Assembly: GCA_937930655.1 (NCBI GenBank)
Contig: CALHBU010000385.1
Location: 1 to 46,804 of the forward strand
DNA length: 46,804 nucleotides
Direction of reading: 5' to 3'
DNA from: an uncultured Acidimicrobiales bacterium
GTDB taxonomy: Bacteria; Actinomycetota; Acidimicrobiia; Acidimicrobiales; SZUA-35
Below, piece after piece: positions 24,802 to 32,459 of this stretch. The position numbers were made by a program, and so were the translations under genes. Position 1 is the stretch's first letter; every line of letters starts with the position of its first letter. A model generated the notes under the pieces. That model saw nothing but the letters and a program-made list of their open reading frames with translations, had not been told where the DNA came from and made no database searches.

Positions 24802-25589
24802 CGGCCCTTGAAGGCAGGCGCCCTCTTCTCCATGAACGACTTCACACCTTCGGCGTAGTCATCGCTGGCGAAACAGGCCTTGGCCGCTGCTTCCGCTGCT
24901 GAATAATCGCGGGTAGCGGGATCGCTCAGATGGGTTGCGACCGCCAGCTTTGTCGCCGCCTGGGTGAGTGGCGCCCTTGTGGCCATGATGTTGGCCTGCT
25001 CCCTCACGAAGTCCTCGAGTTCGGCTTTGGGAACGACGTGGTTGACCATGCCCCAGCGGAGGGCCGTCGGGGCGTCATAAATGTTGCCGGTGTACACGAT
25101 CTCTTTGGTGACTGCGGGGCCGAGGAGATCGACGATCTTGCCGGTGGCCCGTGCCCCGTACCCGAGTCCTAGCTTGGCCGGTGGAAGAGCGAAGCGTCCG
25201 TCGTCGGCCGAGTAGCGAATGTCGGCACAGAACGAGATGGCGAGTCCACCACCGACACAAACACCATGGATCATGGCCAGCGTCGGTTTCGTGAGATTCT
25301 CGATCGCTCCGTAGCCGGCCGCTGTCGCTTCGTCATACAACGCAGCTTTGGGGCCCACCCGGCTCTCTTCGAACTGGCTGATGTCGGCTCCGGCGACGAA
25401 TGCCGTTTCGCCAGCACCACGGAGAATGACGACTCTCACCTCGTCGTCGGCTTCGAGTTCGGCGCAGAGTCCTGGCAGTGACTGCCACATCTCAAGCCGC
25501 ATGGCGTTTCGTCGGGCCTCGTGATCGAAGATCAGCCAGGCCAGTGGTCCTTCGCGTTCGATTCGCACTTCAGCAGTCACGGCCGTCAC
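24798..25589 (-). CDS. enoyl-CoA hydratase/isomerase (crotonase) family
   Basis: Contains LIFDHEARRNAM, VVILRGAGETAFVAGADI and IHGVCVGGGLAI. The GTG start at 25589 (VTAVTAEV...) is chosen because the longer track ORF is Arg/Pro-rich. Confidence 0.85.
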   Translation of the reverse strand: MTAVTAEVRIEREGPLAWLIFDHEARRNAMRLEMWQSLPGLCAELEADDEVRVVILRGAGETAFVAGADISQFEESRVGPKAALYDEATAAGYGAIENLTKPTLAMIHGVCVGGGLAISFCADIRYSADDGRFALPPAKLGLGYGARATGKIVDLLGPAVTKEIVYTGNIYDAPTALRWGMVNHVVPKAELEDFVREQANIMATRAPLTQAATKLAVATHLSDPATRDYSAAEAAAKACFASDDYAEGVKSFMEKRAPAFKGR

Positions 25590-25636
25590 CGTACGACACC
25601 TCCTCCGTACGCTCCAGCTTGCTAGGTTCGGCCCCA

Positions 25637-26407
25637 GTGGATCCCTCCTCTGCCTCGTGGGCTTTTCTCGACCACCCGGTGCCCTACGCGTTCGCTCATC
25701 GGGGCGGCAATCAGGTGGCACCGGAGAATACGGTGGCCGCGTTCCAACATGCGGTCGACCTCGGCTATCGCTACCTCGAAACCGATGTCCATCTAACGAA
25801 CGACGGGGTGCTTGTTGCCTTTCACGATAGTGGTCTGGAACGGGTGGCAGGACTGGCTGGCAGTGTTGCCGACCATTCCTGGTCGGAGCTGTCGACGATT
25901 GATCTCGGGCAGGCGACTGGCATCCCGACGCTTGATGAGCTGCTCACGACCTTTCCCGAACATCGTTTCAACATCGATCCCAAGGCCGACGAAGCAGTTG
26001 CCCCGCTGGCCGAGGCCATCAAAAGTCACCGGGCCATCGACCGGGTGTGCGTCGGATCGTTCAGCGATCAGCGGTTGGCCGATCTACGGGCCCGACTAGG
26101 ACGGGCGCTCTGCATGTCTCCTGGGCCCCGGGGACTACTGGCCTTGGCGGCCGCAAGTCGCCGCCCTAAACCAGGCCGGAACCTCCGCTTCGGGGCAGTG
26201 CAGATTCCGCCCACCCTCGGCCGATTGAAACTCTCGGCGGCACAGGTGGAGAGATTCCAGGAACTCGGTCTGCAGGTCCATGTTTGGACCATCAACGAAG
26301 AGTCCGAGATGCGACGCCTGCTTGATCTTGGTGTCGACGCATTGATGACCGATCACACCCAGCTTCTGAAGGATGTCCTGATCGACCGGGGTCAGTGGCC
26401 ACAATGA
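25637..26407 (+). CDS. glycerophosphodiester phosphodiesterase family protein
   Basis: Contains FAHRGGNQVAPENTVAAF, LETDVHLTNDGVLVAFHD and VWTIN. GTG start at 25637, with an alternative TTG at 25619. Confidence 0.8.
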   Translation: MDPSSASWAFLDHPVPYAFAHRGGNQVAPENTVAAFQHAVDLGYRYLETDVHLTNDGVLVAFHDSGLERVAGLAGSVADHSWSELSTIDLGQATGIPTLDELLTTFPEHRFNIDPKADEAVAPLAEAIKSHRAIDRVCVGSFSDQRLADLRARLGRALCMSPGPRGLLALAAASRRPKPGRNLRFGAVQIPPTLGRLKLSAAQVERFQELGLQVHVWTINEESEMRRLLDLGVDALMTDHTQLLKDVLIDRGQWPQ

Positions 26408-26447
26408 CAGCCAAACTCGAAACCTGCTCGCCTCTAGAAAGAGTTCC

Positions 26448-28034
26448 ATGATTCGTTCTGAACACACCCGCCGCGCCCCCAACGGGATGGTTTGCAGTAT
26501 TGATCACCTGGCGTCGTCGGCCGGCGTCCAGATGCTGGTGGCCGGCGGCAACGCCGTCGATGCGGCGGTTGCTACCTCTGCGGTGCTGGCCGTCACGTCC
26601 CAGCACATGTGTGGCATGGGCGGCGATCTCTGGGCCTTGGTTCACCTGGGGGGAGATCAGCCCCCGGTCGCGCTCAACGCATCTGGTCGAGCCGGAAGCG
26701 GAAGCGATGCCGCCGCCCTGCGAAGCGAGGGGTACGAGCTGATGCCCTTCCGAGGAGATCTGCGTTCGGTACCCGTACCCGGTTGCGTGGACGGGTGGGC
26801 GGCGCTTCACGAACGGTTCGGGTCGCTGCGGCTCGATGACATTCTGGCTCCCGCCATCGGGCTTGCCAGCGGAGGCTTCCCCGTCAGCCCAATACTCGCC
26901 AACATGATCGACGGGGTTGCCGATGTCGAAGGCAACGACGACTACTTCCCGGATGGCAAGCCGGCGGTGAGCGGTCAGCGAATCAGTCGGCCCGGTGTCG
27001 CCCGTTCGTTGGAAGCCATTGCCGCCGAGGGCCCGAACGGTTGGTATCAGGGCGAGTTTGGTGAGGCCCTGCGGCGTCTTGGCGACGACTACGGGGGTCT
27101 CTATTCCCAGGCCGACCTCGCTACCTCTCGCGCTGACTGGGTCGAGCCAACCAGAGCCGAGGCCTGGGGTCACACCCTCTGGACGGTGCCGCCAAACTCC
27201 CAGGGCTACATCTCCTTGGCCGCGGCGGTGATCGCCGATGGGCTCGACCTGCCCCATGATTCCGACGATCCGCTGTGGGCTCACCTTCTGATCGAGTCAG
27301 CAAAGCAGGCATCGTTTGACCGGCGAACGGCACTCTATGAGGGAGCCGATGGTCAGGAGCTGGTCAGTGAACAACGACTGAGCTCTCGACGTTCGGCCAT
27401 CGACCCAAGCCAGGCATCGGTGCTCACTCCCCCAGCGGCCGGCGGAGGCACGATCTATCTCTCCACCGTCGATCACAATCGAATGGGCGTGTCCCTGATG
27501 CAGTCCAACGCTGCGGGCTTTGGTAGTCACCTGGCCGTCCCCGAGGTCGGAGTCTTTTTGCAGAACCGGGGCTATGGGTTTTCCCTAGAAGAGGGACACC
27601 CGGCCGAACTCATGCCCGGACGACGACCTCCGAGCACACTGGCTCCCGCGCTGGTAACCAATCCCGACGGGACCCTGAGGAACGTGCTGGGCACCATGGG
27701 AGGCGACGGTCAGCCGCAGGTGGTGTTGCAGATGATGGCCCGCATGCTCCAAGCCGGCGTGGAGCCGGGCGAGAACATCTCTGCCTCACGATTCACACTG
27801 ACCGTGCCCCGTGCCCTGGGATTCGATACGTGGGACCGGCAAGACGAGTTGATCGTCGCTATCGAAGAAGGGAACGGCTGGTCCGAGGGACTGGCCGAAC
27901 GCGGCCACAACCTCAGAGAAGACCGCTGGGGGCTCGGCCTCTACGGTCACGCCCACATGATTGATGTCGCAGACGACCATGTCGCCGGCGCGGCCGATCC
28001 TCGAGCACTCATCGGTGCTGCCATCGGTTGGTAA
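26448..28034 (+). CDS. ggt: gamma-glutamyltransferase family protein
   Basis: 528 aa with LVAGGNAVDAAVATSAVLAVT, the nucleophile region GGGTIYLSTVD, and GTMGGDGQPQ. Confidence 0.9.
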   Translation: MIRSEHTRRAPNGMVCSIDHLASSAGVQMLVAGGNAVDAAVATSAVLAVTSQHMCGMGGDLWALVHLGGDQPPVALNASGRAGSGSDAAALRSEGYELMPFRGDLRSVPVPGCVDGWAALHERFGSLRLDDILAPAIGLASGGFPVSPILANMIDGVADVEGNDDYFPDGKPAVSGQRISRPGVARSLEAIAAEGPNGWYQGEFGEALRRLGDDYGGLYSQADLATSRADWVEPTRAEAWGHTLWTVPPNSQGYISLAAAVIADGLDLPHDSDDPLWAHLLIESAKQASFDRRTALYEGADGQELVSEQRLSSRRSAIDPSQASVLTPPAAGGGTIYLSTVDHNRMGVSLMQSNAAGFGSHLAVPEVGVFLQNRGYGFSLEEGHPAELMPGRRPPSTLAPALVTNPDGTLRNVLGTMGGDGQPQVVLQMMARMLQAGVEPGENISASRFTLTVPRALGFDTWDRQDELIVAIEEGNGWSEGLAERGHNLREDRWGLGLYGHAHMIDVADDHVAGAADPRALIGAAIGW

Positions 28035-28052
28035 CCGGATCGATCGAGAAAC

Positions 28053-28871
28053 CTACGACGGGTCGGCGAAGTTCGGCGACCGCTTCTCGAAGAACGCCTT
28101 GACCGACTCGACCTGGTTGGGTGAACCGATGAGCTTGCCGATCTCGGCTCGCTCGGCGGCGAATCCCTCGGCGGTCGAGACCTTTGGAGCTTCGTTGAAG
28201 AGCCGCTTGGCCGCCCGAACAGCGTCGGGCGACTTGGCCGCGATGTCTTGGGCTAGTTCCATCGCCATGGTGTGAGGATCGTCGCTCAGGTGGGTTGCCA
28301 TGCCGATCTCGACGGCTTCGGTGCCGCTGACAATTCGTCCGGTGAACGTCAGTTCTTTTGCGACGTCAAGGCCGACCAGATTTATCAAGCTCTGAGTGCC
28401 GGTCATGTCGGGAATCAGGCCCCACCGGCTTTCCAGCACAGACATTTGAGCGTCAGGAGAGATGATCCGAATATCGGCACCGAGCGCAAGCTGGATGCCC
28501 CCACCAAGAGCATGCCCTGAGATGGCCGCAATGACGGGAACCGGGAGCGACGTCCACCCGTAGACCGCCTGCTGGCCTTTGTGGGTGATGCGACCCTCAT
28601 CAGCTTGGGTGATATCTCGGACAGCCGCATCCCCACCGCTTTCGTCGTCGCCCGCCATGCCTTGGAAGCTCTCGAAGTCGAGCCCGGCGCAGAACGACCG
28701 ACCTTCGCCCGACAACACAACGCACCGGACCGATGAGTCCTCGGCCAAGTGATCTGCAGTATCGATAAGGGCCTTGAACATTGCCCCGTCGAGAGCGTTC
28801 ATCTTCTCGGGGCGGTTGAGGCGAACGTCGGCGACGCCGCCGTTCATGGTCACGGAAATCCGATCGGTCAT
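28053..28871 (-). CDS. crotonase/enoyl-CoA hydratase family protein
   Basis: Contains VRLNRPEKMNAL, VLSGEGRSFCAGLD and ISGHALGGGIQLAL. Confidence 0.85.
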   Translation of the reverse strand: MTDRISVTMNGGVADVRLNRPEKMNALDGAMFKALIDTADHLAEDSSVRCVVLSGEGRSFCAGLDFESFQGMAGDDESGGDAAVRDITQADEGRITHKGQQAVYGWTSLPVPVIAAISGHALGGGIQLALGADIRIISPDAQMSVLESRWGLIPDMTGTQSLINLVGLDVAKELTFTGRIVSGTEAVEIGMATHLSDDPHTMAMELAQDIAAKSPDAVRAAKRLFNEAPKVSTAEGFAAERAEIGKLIGSPNQVESVKAFFEKRSPNFADPS

Positions 28872-28880
28872 CGCCTCAGA

Positions 28881-29153
28881 CTAGGCGTCGGCTCCGAGCC
28901 ACGGACAATGACGACAACCTCGATCGCAACAGAACCCGCGGTCCAGAAGGTACGACGCGGTCATGACAAACAGGCCGTTGGCCGGGTCGAAGTAACCCAG
29001 ATCTCCAGCCTCCACTGCCTCGTCGTGAGCTCCCAGACATGCTTCGTAGTCAGGATGGTCCGGAGCAAATCGCTTGGGGTGAGGGACGGCGATGCCATCG
29101 GGCCGGGGCGTGTCAGTCACATCATCATGGTGCCAGCAAAAAGCCAGCTGCAC
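28881..29153 (-). CDS. DUF5522-like small Cys-rich protein
   Basis: The C-terminal GLFVMTASYLLDRGFCCDRGCRHCPW matches my memory of DUF5522. The start is uncertain: GTG at 29153, or GTG at 29120. Confidence 0.6.
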   Translation of the reverse strand: MQLAFCWHHDDVTDTPRPDGIAVPHPKRFAPDHPDYEACLGAHDEAVEAGDLGYFDPANGLFVMTASYLLDRGFCCDRGCRHCPWLGADA

Positions 29154-29159
29154 GTAGGG

Positions 29160-29200
29160 AAAAAGCCAGATGGTGACCCGTTTTCACAGGTCACCATCTG
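29160..29200 (-). terminator. terminator-like hairpin (12-bp perfect stem, 10-nt loop, then GC+TTTTT on the minus strand); alternatively a palindromic operator
   Basis: CAGATGGTGACC (29167-29178) and GGTCACCATCTG (29189-29200). A5 on the plus strand at 29160-29164 gives U5 on the minus-strand RNA. The structure lies 6 nt upstream of the GTG at 29153. Confidence 0.4.
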
Positions 29201-29267
29201 ACGAATCCCCCGTTGTACCCCCGGCTGGACAAGCGGTGACGCTCGTCACATCGCCGGTTCGGAGCCC

Positions 29268-29295
29268 AACCTAGCAGGCACCCAGCCTCTGTCAA
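29268..29295 (-). promoter_or_regulatory. candidate sigma-70/SigA-type promoter on the minus strand (TTGACA-16 nt-TAGGTT)
   Basis: Plus-strand tgtcaa at 29290-29295 and aaccta at 29268-29273. The predicted TSS is near 29261, giving a leader of roughly 108 nt to the GTG at 29153. Confidence 0.35.
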
Positions 29296-29405
29296 TAGGT
29301 CTGTGTCATCCTGCAACATCGGAGCGTCTGACCTGTGGACAAGTCGCGTAACCCACAGGGTTATGGCCCTAGTACCTCACAGGGCTGTCGTTCTAGGTTC
29401 GAGAC

Positions 29406-29633
29406 ATGGCCCGCTTCCTCGTCACACTCGCCGACCAGCGCACCGAAGAAATCTCGAGCGCCGACACCTACCAACAGGAAGGTCCATTGACCACCTTCTT
29501 CGTTGTCGGCAGCGAACGCCAGGTGATCGATTCCTGGAGCACCCGGCTGGCCAGCTTTCGCACTGCGGACATCACTGCGGTACGAAGGGTCGACGAAGAG
29601 CAGACACTTACTCCGATACTGAGGACAGCATGA
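29406..29633 (+). CDS. small hypothetical protein (75 aa), translationally coupled to the hydrolase
   Basis: The ATG at 29406 lies 7 nt after TAGGTT (29394-29399), so the mRNA may be leaderless. The stop overlaps the hydrolase ATG (ATGA, 29630-29633). Confidence 0.5.
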   Translation: MARFLVTLADQRTEEISSADTYQQEGPLTTFFVVGSERQVIDSWSTRLASFRTADITAVRRVDEEQTLTPILRTA

Positions 29634-30313
29634 GCGACAATCCGGTACTACTGGTTCACGGCTTCACCACATCAGCCCAGCGCACCTGGGCCGAACCGGG
29701 CTGGATTGACCTTCTCAAGGAGGCCGGCCGTGAGGTGATCGCACCCGATCTTCTTGGCCACGGCGACGCCGACAAGCCCCATGAGGTCGAGCCCTACGCA
29801 GCCGTCGAAGACCTTGTGTTGGCCGAGCTCCCAGAGGGCCAGCAGGTTGATGCCGTTGGCTACTCGGCCGGCGCCCGCATCGTGATGTGCCTGGCCTCCC
29901 AATACCCCGAGCGTTTCGGTCGCATCGTGGTCGGCGGCATGGGCGGTCGGTTGTTCAAACAGCAGGACGACAATCCGATCCTTGACGCGTTGGAAGGCCG
30001 AGGCGATCCCGACAACCTCGTCAACCAGCACTTCAAAACAATGGCCGAAGAGAACGGAAACGACCCGAAGGCGCTGGCGGCATTCATCCAACGAAGCGCT
30101 CCCAAGCTGGGCCACGATGAGCTGGCCCGAATCACCAGTCCGACTCTGGTGATCATCGGCGACAAGGACTTCGCCGGCCCCGGCGAACCACTAGCCGAGG
30201 CCATCCCCAATGCCGAGCTGGTCACCCTCAAAGGCATCGACCACTTCGGCCTACCCAAAGCCTTCGCCTTTGTAGAAAAAGGCCTCGATCATCTAGGGGC
30301 AGCGCCCTTTTAG
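29630..30313 (+). CDS. alpha/beta hydrolase
   Basis: Starts MSDNPVLLVHGF, with the nucleophile elbow GYSAGA (GxSxG) and a late GIDHF (His). The track N-terminal extension from 29303 is Arg/His-rich and rejected. Confidence 0.8.
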   Translation: MSDNPVLLVHGFTTSAQRTWAEPGWIDLLKEAGREVIAPDLLGHGDADKPHEVEPYAAVEDLVLAELPEGQQVDAVGYSAGARIVMCLASQYPERFGRIVVGGMGGRLFKQQDDNPILDALEGRGDPDNLVNQHFKTMAEENGNDPKALAAFIQRSAPKLGHDELARITSPTLVIIGDKDFAGPGEPLAEAIPNAELVTLKGIDHFGLPKAFAFVEKGLDHLGAAPF

Positions 30314-31044
30314 TTGATCTTGTTGGGGGCTCGGCCGGCAAACCTGGTGCCGGGCGGGTCGTTGGCCCACGGCGCTTGACCCTCCCAGGTGTCGTCAAAA
30401 ACAAGTTCAGCCATCGGGCGTCGTCGAACCGGACCGTGGTTTCCCTGAGGACGTCCGAGCGGCACAACACCAGCGATGGCGAACTCCTCAGGGATCCCGG
30501 TGAGCTGGCGCAGCTCGTCCTCGACCAGCCGATGCCAGCCGGTCAGAACCCCGCCGTACCCCAGTGCCCTCGCCGCCAACAGCATGTTCTGAACGGCCGG
30601 ATAAATAGAAGCCCCGTCCTGGATACCGCCGTGGCGCACTTGGACACACGGCAGAACCACCACCGGCGTCAGCTCGAAGTTGTCGACAAACTGCTGCATG
30701 GCGCGGGCCGTTCGGGCCTTGGGGCTGTCGTCGGCCGCCCCCGTTCCCTTGTCGTAACCATCACCGGCTCGCTTCTGCCCCCAGCCTTCACGAAATGCCT
30801 TCCCCAAGAGCGCCTTCGCTTCGGCCGCTACCGCTCCATCTCGGAGAACGAGAAAGCGAAAGTCCTGTCGGTTGGAGCCAGTCGGTGCCCGGGTGGCGGA
30901 GAAAAGAATGGTGTTCAGGTCGTCGTCGGGGATGGGGTCCTCGGTGTAACGGCGAATCGATCGAGTCGAGGCCAGACCGGCAAGCAGACTTAGTTCTTGT
31001 TCAGACACGACCTGAGCCTCGCGCACCGAAGTGGCGAGGCCCAA
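30310..31044 (-). CDS. nitroreductase family flavoprotein
   Basis: Contains RSIRRYTEDPIPDDDLNTILFSATRAPTGSNRQ and AVQNMLLAARALGYG. The start is TTG at 31044 or a nearby GTG. Confidence 0.8.
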   Translation of the reverse strand: MGLATSVREAQVVSEQELSLLAGLASTRSIRRYTEDPIPDDDLNTILFSATRAPTGSNRQDFRFLVLRDGAVAAEAKALLGKAFREGWGQKRAGDGYDKGTGAADDSPKARTARAMQQFVDNFELTPVVVLPCVQVRHGGIQDGASIYPAVQNMLLAARALGYGGVLTGWHRLVEDELRQLTGIPEEFAIAGVVPLGRPQGNHGPVRRRPMAELVFDDTWEGQAPWANDPPGTRFAGRAPNKIN

Positions 31045-31100
31045 GCGAAGAGATATGAAGTTGCGACTCGTCTGGCTGACGAGCTGGGATTCGATGGGGA

Positions 31101-31670
31101 CTAGGCGGGAGCCTGCGAGGTGGCCTGTGACATGGCCATGGCATGGCGCACCAGGTTCACCAGCGTGTCACGGACTGCCGCCTTGTGGCGGGCGTCGGTG
31201 ACCACAACCGGGACGTGCGACGGGACATCGAGTGCCTCACGGACATCGTCGGGATGGTGACGGAGCACGCCATCGAACGCATTGACGGCAACGATGAACG
31301 GCACTCCGGCGCGCTCCATGTAGTCGACTGCGGGGAAACAGTGTTCGAGACGGCCGGTGTCGACGAGGACGACGGCACCGATGGCTCCGCGAACAAGCTC
31401 ATCCCACATGAAGTGGAATCGGTCCTGGCCCGGAGTGCCGAACAGGTACAGGACAAGCTCTTGGCCGAGAGACACTCGGCCAAAGTCCATGGCCACCGTG
31501 GTGGACTTCTTCGATGTGGCGTCTCCGAGGTCGTCAACGCCCTCGCTCACCTTGGTCATTGCTGCTTCGGTGGTGAGAGGGTCGATGTCGGAGATGGAGC
31601 TCACAAAGGTGCTCTTGCCGACGGCGAAGCCGCCGGCGACGACGATCTTTACTGGAATCGGGTTGCTCAT
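31101..31670 (-). CDS. cvnD: conservon GTPase (CvnD-type small Ras/MglA-like ATP/GTP-binding protein)
   Basis: Starts MSNPIPVKIVVAGGFAVGKSTF (P-loop) and contains FGTPGQDRF. ATG at 31670. Confidence 0.8.
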   Translation of the reverse strand: MSNPIPVKIVVAGGFAVGKSTFVSSISDIDPLTTEAAMTKVSEGVDDLGDATSKKSTTVAMDFGRVSLGQELVLYLFGTPGQDRFHFMWDELVRGAIGAVVLVDTGRLEHCFPAVDYMERAGVPFIVAVNAFDGVLRHHPDDVREALDVPSHVPVVVTDARHKAAVRDTLVNLVRHAMAMSQATSQAPA

Positions 31671-31677
31671 GGTTCCC

Positions 31678-32040
31678 TTACAGCGACTGGAGCCCGTCGA
31701 GCACGCGCTCGAGCAGACGCAGATCTGGGCGTTCGTTGGTCTGAGTAGGTGCGGTATGTGTGGCGACGAGGCCTTCGCTGACGAGATCGCCAACGAGGAT
31801 TCGTGCCACCTGAAGATGAATCTTGAGATGGGCCGACACTTCGGCGATGGACTGTGGCTCTGTGCAGAGCCGAACGATCCTCTGCCGTTCGTGATCGAGC
31901 GAAGCGAGCCTCGAGTTGCCGTCAGGAGTGCTCTGAACGAGAGCCTCCATTGGTAACTCGACCACGCTTCGCGTCCTACCCCGTGTGAGGAGGTAGGGCC
32001 GCACCCTCAAGGAGGTGAAGGCGTCGGTCTCTTCGGTCAT
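31678..32040 (-). CDS. cvnC: DUF742 protein (CvnC-type)
   Basis: 120 aa. VRPYLLTRGRT and the wHTH-like IAEVSAHLKIHLQVARILVGDL are typical DUF742 features. ATGA overlap with cvnB. Confidence 0.75.
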   Translation of the reverse strand: MTEETDAFTSLRVRPYLLTRGRTRSVVELPMEALVQSTPDGNSRLASLDHERQRIVRLCTEPQSIAEVSAHLKIHLQVARILVGDLVSEGLVATHTAPTQTNERPDLRLLERVLDGLQSL

Positions 32041-32459
32041 TGAGGAAGTGCCGCCTGAAGTTCGGCTCGAAGTTCTGGTGTGAGCATCGCCCCGGCTTTT
32101 TCGACAAGCACGGCCATCTCGTAGGCAACCAGGCCAACGTCGCAGCCAGCTTGGGCCATGGTGGCCAACAGTGAGCCATCGCTGATGCCGGTGACGAAGA
32201 GGAAAGCGTTTTCCATCTCGACGATCACCTCGGTGACGGCGCCGCCTCCGAACCGGCCAGCGGCTCCGTAGGCCAACCCAATCAGACCCGACGAGACGGC
32301 GGAAAAGCGATCCACGGAGTCCCGGTCGAGGCCGGATGAACCGGCAATTGGTAGCCCGTCGGACGAAACGACGACCGCTTCGGTGACTCCGGGGACCCGC
32401 TCAACGAAATTGTTGACAAGCCAGTTGACATTGCTGGCCTGAGTACTCATGACGGTCAT
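32037..32459 (-). CDS. cvnB: roadblock/LC7 domain protein (CvnB-type)
   Basis: 140 aa with NWLVNNFVERVPGVTEAVVVSSDGLPIA. ATGA overlap with cvnA. Confidence 0.8.
   Translation of the reverse strand: MTVMSTQASNVNWLVNNFVERVPGVTEAVVVSSDGLPIAGSSGLDRDSVDRFSAVSSGLIGLAYGAAGRFGGGAVTEVIVEMENAFLFVTGISDGSLLATMAQAGCDVGLVAYEMAVLVEKAGAMLTPELRAELQAALPQ

Noticed and set aside
26292-27284. 330-aa minus-strand ORF
   Set aside because: Antisense to the GGT gene and the GDPD end, with no motifs. Shadow ORF.
29117-29128. Mini-ORF ATG-ATG-ATG-TGA on the minus strand near the DUF5522 start
   Set aside because: It lies out of frame inside the ORF, where the main frame encodes HHDD. It has no SD sequence, so it is most likely coincidental.
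29397-29405. GGTTCGAG T-loop-like strings (also near 20508) checked as tRNA remnants
   Set aside because: The flanks cannot form T-stem or acceptor pairing. One of the strings lies inside pyk. No intergenic gap of suitable content exists for a tRNA.
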